Source of the DNA: Paraspadella gotoi
Taxonomy: Eukaryota > Animalia > Chaetognatha
Assembly: GCA_051294375.1 (NCBI GenBank)
Contig: CM119270.1
Location: 14,499,164 to 14,563,163 of the forward strand
Direction of reading: 5' to 3'
DNA length: 64,000 bases
The translations under genes and the position numbers were made by a program. The notes below the pieces were generated by a model that searched no databases, was not told the DNA's origin, and saw only the letters and a list, made by a program, of their open reading frames with translations. Shown here one piece after another: positions 51,468 to 62,094 of the stretch. Every line of letters starts with the position of its first letter. Positions within the stretch are counted from its first letter, which is position 1.

Positions 51468-54287
51468 TATTACGTAAAATAACACTACACATTAGTTTAT
51501 TATCACTAGTCTTAGTCATCGCTCAATCAGTTTTTTCCTTCCTTTTTTCAGATGCATATTTAAGTCTTGTTTAGTTCCAAAACCTAAACACTAACCATAG
51601 CAAGACTAAAAAAAAATCTTTCCCAAAAAGTCGGTAAGAACGGGGTCGCGTTGCTATGACGACGCGCTCTCCGGGGTTCAATTTGTAGCAACAAACATGG
51701 TAATGCGGCAAAGGGGGGGGAGAGCTTGCTGGAGAGACGGAGTTGCAGAAAAGAGGAAAGGAAACGAGAAAACGAGGAAAGGAAAGGAATAAGCAATGGC
51801 ATTGTGAAAAATAGTACTCATCGTCGTCGTCGTCGTTGTTTTTGTTGTCCTCGTCTTCCTTACTTTTATTATCCCCAACAGTAAAAGATTTTTTTTTTTC
51901 GCCACGAAAACGGAAAAAAGGTGTTTTTTTTTCTCGTCGAAATGACGAAAATGTTTGGAAGGGAAAATAAGGAAACTGCAAAGATCACTAATCCGTGGAG
52001 GGATGAGTGATGGAGAGAGAGAGAGAGGCAAAAAAGGAAAACAAAGGGGATTTGGATGACTGAATAAAGAATTAGACATCTTGGGTCAAGAGATCATCAT
52101 TAAAAGAGAGCAAGCTTGAAAAAAAAAGGGCAAAGCGAGGAAAGGGATGATAAAATGAGGGCAAAGGAAAGATTAAAACAGAATCGAGTTTGACCACAAA
52201 AAGAGGAAAAAAGGAGAGAGAGAAATAGAAGTGAACAAGGAGAGATAAAGAGAGAGACAGACAAAGGTTAATGGTGAATCACCAAAATCACAACTGTTAA
52301 ATCAGGCGGTGAAGAGACTTACTAGGCGAAAATATTTGGAACTATTGAGACAAGTTTCATGTATTTTTTGAGAGAATATAATGATGCGAAAAATCATCAA
52401 ACGGTAAAAAACAGGAACAAAACAAATGGAAAACTTGACGGTGAGAGAAAACAATAATAAAAGATTCGAGTTCAGTTGTGTGGGTCAAATAAGTTGAACC
52501 ACGGAACGGTCAAGTGGTGAGTTTTCAATTGACAATATTCGCTCATTGTCGTCGTTGTTGTTGTTGTAGTGTCATGTTCAATTAGGCAGCACAGCGGAAT
52601 ATTTTTGTGGAAATTCTGTTATAAACAATTCGTTACAGCGCCTTACGCGTCTTCGAGGCAGAAAAAAAAATTCATTAATCTATATTTGTTTTAAAATTGA
52701 TTTAAGTTGCAATAACCAGCCAAAAGAAAAATCCTTTCCGCTGCACCTTTTTTTTTTTTCAAATCGCCGAGATACGTGACGCGGATTTGTCTTAATCACA
52801 CGAGGCCCCATCACCCTGCCCGCCGCTAGAGGCTCTCCGCTCGCCGCCTAAACGTAAACAAAAGATCAGTCGAAAAACGAAAGGTCAAGCGGAAGGTCAA
52901 ACGATCCTCGAGGGTCAAACCGCGAAAAAAAAAGAGGACGGTATTTTCTTTCCCTTTCCCCCCGCTCCTTTTTTTTTAAGCCTCGTTTTGGCGTCAAACC
53001 ATTTGGCTGCGGGGTCTTTGACATTTGCCAACTCAAAGGTCAGTTTGCTCGCTTAATTTTTATCTTCTCACGCTCTTTTTCTCTCTCTCTCGTAATTCTC
53101 TTTTTGTTTATTTTTGTCTTTCTTTAATTCGTGAGGGTAAGATTTATAAAGGGTGCGAGAGAAGAGTTAGTAAGTTAATATATATATATCAAATACATAT
53201 ATTTGTACCGTTTTATGAAAATAATTATAAAAGCAAAAAGTTCTGACGACTTTAAATTCCTTTCCATATCTGCTTTTAGTTCGATTAGCGAGTTCAGAAG
53301 GCAAAGGTTATTTTTTTTGGAAGAAAAATCGAGGTTCATCTTTGCCAATCGGATAAAATGTTCAAAGAAAGTTTAACACTCATATGAAATGGGATTGAGA
53401 TATAAGGCAATTCGTTGTGGGATTTACAAGAGCATTTTTTTTATCTTTATTTGCCAATATTTCGATTCTAATGGACGAATCATTTTTCGAGGCTAAACTG
53501 AACGATTATCTCCTGTGCATGTGAGTCTCTTCAACAAGGGATTGTTAAACGATCAATTTAACAATAACATTTTAATATTAGAATCCGTTGTTAATAACGT
53601 TCAGATCGGAAAAAAAAAAAAGCTTTAAAACTCCAACGGCGACTAAGAAATGTGAAAAAAAAAATCGGAGATAAAAGACCCACGACGACGATGACGACGA
53701 CAAAAACGAGGACAAAACGACGAAACGACGGGGACCACAAAAAAAAAAAAAGAAAGTTGGAAGCGTCAGCAAAAAAAAGGTTGAAAACGTTTGCTGAGAA
53801 ATCAATTACTTCGCCGGCGCAAAAAAGAAAATTCCTTAGAACCGACGACGACGACTGTTTGGTGCGAACAGGAGGGGGGGGCGTTGCTTCGCTAATGAAG
53901 ATTACTGTTAATTAAGGACGGGGAGGGATGGGAATTCGGGGGGGGGGAAGGAGGGTGTGAGACGATAGGGAGAGTCAAGGGACGAGAACGAAGGAGAAAG
54001 GGTTATGGGAAAACTAAAAAGGGGGGGGGATTTGTTTTTTTTTTCCCCCTCCCCGATGGGTCGGTTCAGAATGGAGTATGGGCAAACATGGAGCGAAGAT
54101 TTACTTAACGTTCCGCAAGATGGCTCGAGGGGTTATTCTGAGCGAAACGTTGCTTCGCGAGGGAAGGTGGCTTTCCAAAGCCTTCCAATTATCTTGGATG
54201 AGTTCGCAAATAATTCCAGCGGATCTTGGATTTAAAAATCAATTGTAACATTATTGAAAAAGGATGTTTGGCTTTTTAGTTTACAAT

Positions 54288-54693
54288 TTGAGGCAAAGTG
54301 GTTTTAGTTCAAACGAATTTTTATTTTTCATAGAAAACGTACATGTTTCGGCTTTGGATGCAAGCCTTCTTCAGCGTCAAATGATTTGTGAAATTTTGTG
54401 AAAGAAGGGAGTGAGAAAAGAATAGTGGTCAAAGCCGAAACATGTATGAAATTGGTACACCAATAAAAAATTATCCATTCATTTTAATAAATAAAGCTAT
54501 CTTAGCCCTTCTGATGGGGTTTGGTTTTAAAAGGCCCCTCCATCACTCTTTACCAAAGATAATTACATAGCAGCGTCCCTGTAAGCTTTTCTGTACGTTT
54601 TCTAATGAAATAAATAAATTCGTTCATGTGTAAACTAAAACCACTTTGCCTCAATACATATAACAACGCAAAAAAGAAAGGTTATTACCACTA
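54288..54693 (+). mobile_element. Penelope-like terminal insertion with inverted 5' copy, 10-bp TSD and nested repeat
   Basis: AGTTTACAAT at 54278-54287 and 54694-54703. TTGAGGCAAAGTGGTTTTAGTT (54288) is mirrored by AACTAAAACCACTTTGCCTCAA (ending 54654). Hammerhead motifs occur on both strands. Confidence 0.75.
54336..54378 (-). ncRNA. Minimal type I hammerhead ribozyme with intact core
   Basis: The - strand reads GACG-CUGAAGA-AGGCUU-GCAUCCA-AAGCC-GAAAC-AU-GUA-CGUU. Stem I is GACG/CGUU, stem II is GGCUU/AAGCC, stem III is the palindrome ACAUGU, and the cleavage triplet is GUA. Confidence 0.8.
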
Positions 54694-55089
54694 AGTTTAC
54701 AATCTTGAAAATTAAGGAACAGGGCACTTTGGAAAACAATGCGGAACTTTCTAACCATCTTAATTAATGTACTTTAGCTCAAGAAATAAGGCGGAAATAT
54801 ATCGGGAAGATGTTTTCGAAAACTACGAGAACTTAAATTACAGGCCAAATTGATAAGTTATTAAATTGTTGAAACTTTGAAGTATGAGATTTGTACAGCT
54901 TACGACCCTAACTAATTCGGTACTGAAAAAAATTGCACACCGGTTTGATTTTCTTTGAATTTTATTTCGCGATTAATCTGACTTAATCAATGGTTAAAAT
55001 AAAATGCGAAATTAAAATCACTAATACAAATTATTGTATTCAATAGTAGGTAAAATCATCGGCCTCTTCGGGCAGGGCATTGTCGCCGT

Positions 55090-55158
55090 TTATCCCCATC
55101 CTGGACCGGCGACTTTTTCAGCGCCGGGAGATTTCGCTTCCTCGATCCCGCTTGTTTT
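55090..55158 (-). CDS. Small secreted protein / peptide precursor, coding exon 2 (KTSGIEEAKSPGAEKVAGPGWG*)
   Basis: CTAAT branch point plus CCCCAG acceptor (phase 0), TAA at 55090-55092, and AATAAA ~125 nt downstream (54961-54966 on the - strand). Confidence 0.6.
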   Translation of the reverse strand, partial: KTSGIEEAKSPGAEKVAGPGWG

Positions 55159-55465
55159 CTGGGGATTAGCAAAAGAAATGTTTTATAGTAAATTTATTGA
55201 TTTATATTACTTTGTATTGAAATTGCCAATTCTTGCTTGGTTGTTTAAAGGTTAATTTTATTTTCGCCGACCGGAGTTAGGGTTTAAGGCCAAAAGTGAT
55301 TTAGGGGAGAGGTGTTAAAGGTAATCAGGAGATATTTTAAAGTAAAAAATATTAAATATTTTTTTGTTTTTCAAAAGACGCCAAAACCCCGGTCGGCGAA
55401 AGTAAAAATTCACCTCGTTTAAAATTAATAAAGAGTAGGATGCTCGAATAAAATTTCTGACTTAC

Positions 55466-55555
55466 GGTTTCAGCGATGGGCGCTGTATACGTAACAGCCA
55501 CGAACAAAGCCATTGCAACGGCGGCCACCGCCATTATGCCGTACAAGTACTTCAT
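55466..55555 (-). CDS. Small secreted protein / peptide precursor, coding exon 1 (signal peptide)
   Basis: MKYLYGIMAVAAVAMALFVAVTYTAPIAET|GTAAGT. Upstream are a polypyrimidine CCCTAG acceptor (~55582) and a 5'-UTR exon donor ACG|GTAAGT (~55756). Confidence 0.7.
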
Positions 55556-56485
55556 CTTTGGAAGTCGTAGTATCGTTGTGTCTAGGGGGAAAAAAAAAAG
55601 AATTAAATCTGATTGAAGGAAAAACAACCAGGCTTCAAAAAATCTGAAGTTAACAATTTTAAAAAAGCTCATTCTTTAACCTATAAATAAATAAATGAAC
55701 CTTGGTTAAAATAGTATCTACGTCATGACCGTGGAACAAACAAATCAAGAACTTACCGTTTAATTTGAATAGCGATATGAAATGGCGAACCGAACGATGT
55801 GATTACCGAAAGGCGGCAAATGTCAAAGGTCACACTTTCGACCAAAGCGCGGGAAATCTTTTTTGTTTCTCCAGCCCTTATTGGACTCTGGCCGTCCAAT
55901 CATCGTCTAAACTTGTTATTTCGATATCTTTTTTAATTTTTGACAACGGTTTTTTTCGATTCTATATTTTGGACAAGGTGGAACTCTGATCGTGGTAAGC
56001 TTCTGCCCTGTCAATCCATCTTCAAAATCGATGCACCGAAACTTGGATTGGCGGTGATGCGAAAAGCGCGAAACTTCGCTTAGGACAATGAGAGATAAAG
56101 GAAGAAAAGGAAAAGAAAAGAGAAAAGAGAAGAAAAAGAATTCTGAAAGGAGGCAATCTTAGGGAAGGAAAGAAAAGATAGTTTGAACGTAGGGTAAAGA
56201 ATGCGATGTTATTTTAACTTGGTAAAAAAGAATAGCAAAAAAGACTTTTTATTTAATATATACGTTATAGAAGCCAAAAAAGTGAATTAAAAGTCTATTA
56301 CTTACGAAGTCAAACGCCGCAGTTTCAGCCAACGTGAGGGTAGAGTTTTTAAAAAGAAATGGCGCACCGAGTGTTGAAGCGGTCGCATTGTACTGAGAAG
56401 CATCGCCAAGGAAACCGTCGCGTAAATCACGAGGAAAGAAGGCGCAGCATCTCTGATATACGGGAGTCTATTCAATCTCTCTCTC

Positions 56486-56544
<59 letters not shown>

Positions 56545-57078
56545 CTCCCATTACCTCTACTCACGCGCATCCTTTTATTTAAGACGATTTCCCCGCATCT
56601 TTTAAATTTCTCGATCGTGACGGAAATAAAGCCGACGCCGCGTGAAGAAGGGAGGAAGAAGAGAATAATGGGAAGGAAAGGGAGGGAGGAAAATGGGATG
56701 AGAGGGGAGAAGAGAAAAAAGAAGGGACGGGAAAGAGGGGAGAGAGAAGGAGGTGGGGAGAGAAGGAGGTGGTGCATAATAGTAAGAGATATGGGATCTG
56801 AGGTATGAGGTATGAGTCAGAAAAGGTATGAAAGGGAATTCCGGCATTCCGCTATGTTTTTTTTTTTTAAATTGATAATTTAAAGCTATAATGACCAAAA
56901 CATAAATAATATCTGAAAAATAATCAAACGTAATAGAAACAATAATTTAATCATCATGAAATAGCGCTATTATTTGAAATACTAGCAAAACATAAATTAT
57001 GTTAAAGAAAAAACAATAAAGAAGTAATGCTTTTTTCATCCAATGTACGAGTGGCAAAACATTAAGGCAAAGGCTTGC

Positions 57079-57141
<63 letters not shown>

Positions 57142-57517
57142 TTCTCAGAAAGAGAAAGAAAATGAAACTGCGAGGGAGTCCGTTTTGCGTTGAGCGGCGC
57201 AGCGACCAACACTGAGACAATTTTAATGGGTGATTGATCAAGACAAATAGAAAATATTAGCTGCTAAAACTGCAATGCAAGCAGAAAAAAAAGGCCGAGA
57301 GAGTTACTGTGAGCGAGAGAGAGAGAGAGAGAGAGAAGAGAGAGAGGAGGGAGAAGAGAGAGAGAGAGAGAGAGAGGCTCGTTAATGACAATTGCGGGTT
57401 GTTCGGAGAGGGGAAAAAGAATCAGCCAACATAAGGCAATTTATGGCGCGGACAACTTCTGGGAATTTTTTTTCACTTGCGTTGAAAAAATACACGGCCG
57501 GAGCGAAAACATTAACG

Positions 57518-57598
<81 letters not shown>

Positions 57599-59836
57599 CT
57601 CTCTGTAGGCGTGTCCAGAGCAGTACGTGTTTCGATTTCCAAATGGCATTCCCCGCCAATTCAAAGGGCCTGCCTTCGCCGCCCGAAGAAACTGCCTTCG
57701 ACGCCTGGCTTCAACGCCGCCTGGCCACCGCTAATTTTCTTTCCTTTTGTCGATTCGAGAAAGGGGGGCGGAGTCGGGGGGCGTTTTTAAGATCGAGATG
57801 GCGACTGGAAGTTGTTGATGTTGTCGTCGTTGTTGTTGTCCTCTTCTGCGGCGCTTAATTATGTTTTGTTGTTAATAAGGAATTGGGAAACTTTGAAATT
57901 TCTGTTGGTTTTTATTTTGCGCTTTTTTCTTTGGTTTTTATTTTGCTCTTGAGTCATGTCTTTTATTTTTCTTCTAGTTATTTCTTTATTTGTCTTATAT
58001 CACTTTGGTTTCATGTTGAAATCTCTCTCAACTTACTTAAATGATCGTTAGGACAGCAGATTTTAATATATTAGTTACTTTCAAATAAATCAATTTCGCG
58101 CTCCAATGCTATTATGAAAAGTCTTATGAATCTTTTTCTACCTTGTATATTAATTACATAGTCATTTAACTTGTTTTTTGTTTCGACGGTCTTCCTTTTC
58201 AAGGACGGTTCGAATCATCCGACACTATTGCAAAATTTAATTACAGTATTTATCTACGAGACCAAAATAAAAAAAGAACATAAAAAGTGAGATTAAAAAT
58301 AAAAGAGGAAAGTGTAAAACGAAACCGAAAGGCGGTAAATTTAAGACTTACAACTTTATTCGATATTTATTTTTATACTCGATTGAATAATGCGTTGATA
58401 AATGTGAAGGTGACAGAATAAATATATCGATGAATATATAAACACTTAAACAATAAATTTTATAAACTTTGTTCAATAAATTCGAGTGAAAAAATGAGCC
58501 TGAATATTTATTTGGATACCGAAAATAATAAGAGAAAATAAATCGGGAGCGTGTCCTATAGGTCTTGTTTCAGGATCTGTCACTGTGTTGGTGCAAGAAA
58601 GAGCGCGAGAATTTCTTGGAGTTTCTTGAAAAGGATACGAGACTCTGCTTTCCCGCCGAGTTACATGAAAATATAACTTGTTCATTATCTCGTGAATGAA
58701 TCATCTTACGATGATGAAAATGGATTCATCTGAAAGGTCTTTAAAAATATTTTACAATAAATACATAATTTTACTTACTCGTCCTAAATACAGTTGTACA
58801 CGAATTTTTTAATATTATTTTTCATTACGAAACGAATTTTCTTTTCATTAAATTTTTTCCAACACGTGACTTGCAAAAAATTTAAAAACCACCCTAGGCC
58901 TAGGGCATGTAATAATGTCTTCCAAGTAGTTTATCGAATGATTTTGTTTGTTAATTAAATCGACCTAAGGTTCATACGTGTACGAAAAACAATTTTTTTT
59001 ATAACTGTGTTTTATTTTTTATTTTTTGGAAATGAAAACATTGACAATAAAAGGAATCTTGGTCCCACAATTTCGCTCAAATCCAATGTCACGACCGCCA
59101 GTCGTTCGTCGGAAGTTTTCAACCGGTTTTAGATTTTCTTCTAAGAGAGAAATTTCGACGTTGTCATATTACTTTCTTGATCTGATTCCCGTTTTTTAAA
59201 CGAATAAGTACAAAGACCAAGATCGATCAGGAAAAAAAAATGCACCATCAAAAAAATAGTTTCTCAAAAGGATTCGTTTTTAGGTCACAATAAATACAAG
59301 GTAAGAACAGATTTTGTACCATAACGATTTAGTTTCGCAAATTAAAAAACATCGTATGCAAAAAATGTACGTTATTCACTTTTTGAAATGTCAATTTGGA
59401 AACATTTGATATCTCTATACTGTCATGTGCAAAAAAAAACAAACGCAGAACTTTATAACTTAACTTACTCCATATAAAATATTTTTAAAAATAATATAAA
59501 AAAATATATTTAAAAATATCAATGTATATAAATTTTATTAAAATGGGTGAAGTAGTTCAAAATATATGATATTTTAAACTTGAGTGTTTCAAAACCAGAA
59601 AGGAAGATCTAATTTTATTTAAAAACTTTAGAATTATTAACCTCGTAATTTTTTATAACTTTAAAATTATTATTTAGTGATATGGGTTAATATAGTTATC
59701 CAGCTATCCCTCCGGATGATCAGTATAATTTTTTTAAATTTTTAATCTCCCATAAAAAATACAAAATAATAAAAGAAAAAAGATTAATCTTAAAGTAATC
59801 AGATTTTTTTTTTATTCAGCTTTGTAGTAGAGCACT

Positions 59837-60895
59837 TGAAGAGAACCAGTAATTATTGTTATGAGTTAGTGATAGAACCGTTCAATATAAGCAGTCCCTG
59901 AGCTTCGGATCAGGCTGTAACACCATGTTACAGGCGGGTTAAGCGCCCCGTCCCTCTTAACTGCCAGACGACCACCGTGCTAGAACCCCGGACCTTGGGG
60001 TTGGGAGGCGAATGACTTGCTCCGGCACCAATGGCGCGATGAACGGTTGGTGGGTTTAGTCCACCTACATCCCCCCTCCCGTAGGAAGATGTCTGTTGCG
60101 TCCTTCAGTAAATTGTTGTTGTTGGTGGAAAGTCGTCACCAAGTTGAGGCATTGTCGCCTGATGGTGTTGAGGGCGGAAAGTGCATCGCCAGGTTGAGGC
60201 ATGTCGCCTGAAAGTGTTGTTGTTGCTGTTGTGTTCGGAAGTCGGGCTCACCAATGAAGAGACAGTAATTATTGTTATGAGTTAGTGATAAACCGTTCAA
60301 TATAAGCAGTCCCTGAGCTTCGGATCAGGCTGTAACACCATGTTACAGGCGGGTTAAGCGCCCTCCCTCTTAACTGCCAGACGACCACCGGGCTAGAACC
60401 CGGACCTTTGGGTTGGGAGGCGAATGACTTGCCTCCGGCACCAATGGCCGCTGATGAACGGTTGGTGGGTTTTGTCCACCATACATCCCCCCTCCCGTAG
60501 GAAATGTCTGTGCGTCTCTTCAGTGAATTGTTGTTGTTGGTGGAAAGTGCGTCACCAAGTTGAGGCATGTCGCCTGATGTGTTGAGGGCGGAAAGTGCAT
60601 TCGCCAGGTGAGGCATGTCGCCTGTAAAGTGTTGTTGTTCTGTTGTGTTCGGAAGTCGGGCTCACCAATGAAGAGACAGTAAATATTGTTATGAGTTAGT
60701 GATAGAACCGTTCAATAAGCAGTCCCTGAGCTTCGGATCAGGCTGTAACACCATGTTACAGGCGGGTTAAGCGCCCCTCCCTCTTAACTGCCAGACGACC
60801 ACCAGGCTAGAACCCCGGACCTTTGGGTTGGGAGGGCAAGTACCCCGCACCCAATGGCCGCTGATGAACGGTTGGTGGGTTTTAGTCCACCATAG
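59837..60895 (-). mobile_element. Tandem-array TRIM (non-autonomous LTR retrotransposon): LTRs 59837-60069, 60255-60485 and 60669-60895, with ~185-bp internal segments
   Basis: On the - strand the LTR consensus is TGTATGGTGG...CTCTTCA. PBS TGGTGAGCCCGAC lies 1 nt after the LTR (60241-60253, 60655-60667). PPT GGGAGGGGGGA abuts the next LTR (60070-60080, 60486-60496). A (G)CACT direct repeat flanks the array (59832-59836, 60895-60899). Confidence 0.85.
60381..60451 (-). ncRNA. tRNA-like Pol III cassette inside the LTR (present in all three LTRs; not a functional tRNA call)
   Basis: The - strand reads GCGGCCA-T-TGGTGCCGGAGG (A-box-like)...GCCTCCCAA...CCGGGTTCTAGCCCGG (B-box/T-arm)-TGGTCGT. It is 71 nt with a 7-bp acceptor-like stem including G-U pairs. 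Confidence 0.7.
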
Positions 60896-62094
60896 CACTT
60901 CATTTTTAAAAATAACTGCTCCTAAACTAATAGCCCAAGTTTTATAAAATCTATGCCAAACTGTTTATTTTTCAATAAAGTTTAATTTACTTTTCATAAA
61001 AATCTAAGTATATTTAGGGAAGTCTGGCGTTAAGCATCCGAGATAAAAATTTGCAAATAAAAAGTTTTTATTTTACTCACTGAATAAAAATACTTAAAAT
61101 ACTTATAAAATACATAAAATTGATAAAATTATTATTGCGAAAACATTGTTCAATCACATGCAATATATTTAATGCCTTTTTTTTCATTGAAATCGATAGA
61201 TATTAACTAAAAATATCATAATTAATTTTTTTGGTAAAATAAAAGAACCGAACTTCCGTCACTTGATGTCGTCAGGTTATTAGTAAATATGCGTTTAAGG
61301 ATTCAAAATATGTTTTTAAAATTGACCTACGTCAACCAAAAATGATAGAACAATGAGACTGGTATTATATTAAAGCCATAATTATGGGGCATGTTTTCCA
61401 TATAATTTTTTTAAAATGTTTCAAAGTATTTTTTTTAAATCTTGATCGGAATCTTAGTCAAAAGTCTAACAACTTTTGAAATAAAATTAAAAACACTTGG
61501 CCACATTTAAAAAAATAAATAAATATAAATTCTGAAAGAGAAAAGATTGAATTATGTTTCTGATATAAATAAAAATTGTTTATACCTCAAATGTTTATAC
61601 AATTACTAAGGATAATGATTATCATTTTGTTGAAAACAAAAAAATTTAAAGAATTCATGTAGGAACCTTTAAAAACATATGATTTAAATATGATAATTTA
61701 GGAGTTCAAACTTTGTGCCCCCTGATTTAAAAACTACTGACATAGGGCTAAAAGACTGTATTATCAGATTTTAAAATTTTAAGATTTAGCTGTATCTACG
61801 AGGCCTGGCAGAAAAAAATTATCACAATTTTTTTTGTGTCATAATGCTATCATAAAATAATTTTAATGCATCATGTCAGGTATCATATAAAAGCTAACGA
61901 TGTCTGCTACATGACAGCACGTGAAAAAAAATTTTCTTAATAAAAAAAAAAACCAGACTACCCTAGTATATTGGCTGATTTTCAAAGTCTGATCTAATTT
62001 GGCGCAATTTTTTTGCACATGACTGTATTTTTCATCACCCATCCAATATTCCGATGTTCATTTGTCTCAGCGCCTCATCCACGTCTCCCTCACG

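Noticed and set aside
55916-56470. Two-exon open frame on the - strand upstream of the peptide gene
   Set aside because: Short, no clear start, weak AAG acceptor and no recognisable domain; could be chance or UTR.
60381-60451. Functional tRNA-Gly(CCC) gene
   Set aside because: The D and anticodon arms pair poorly, and it is embedded in an LTR repeated three times. Treated as a tRNA-derived promoter.
60275-60616. 113-aa ORF on the - strand
   Set aside because: It runs across the internal/LTR junction and the tRNA-like cassette, and is not preserved in the neighbouring unit.
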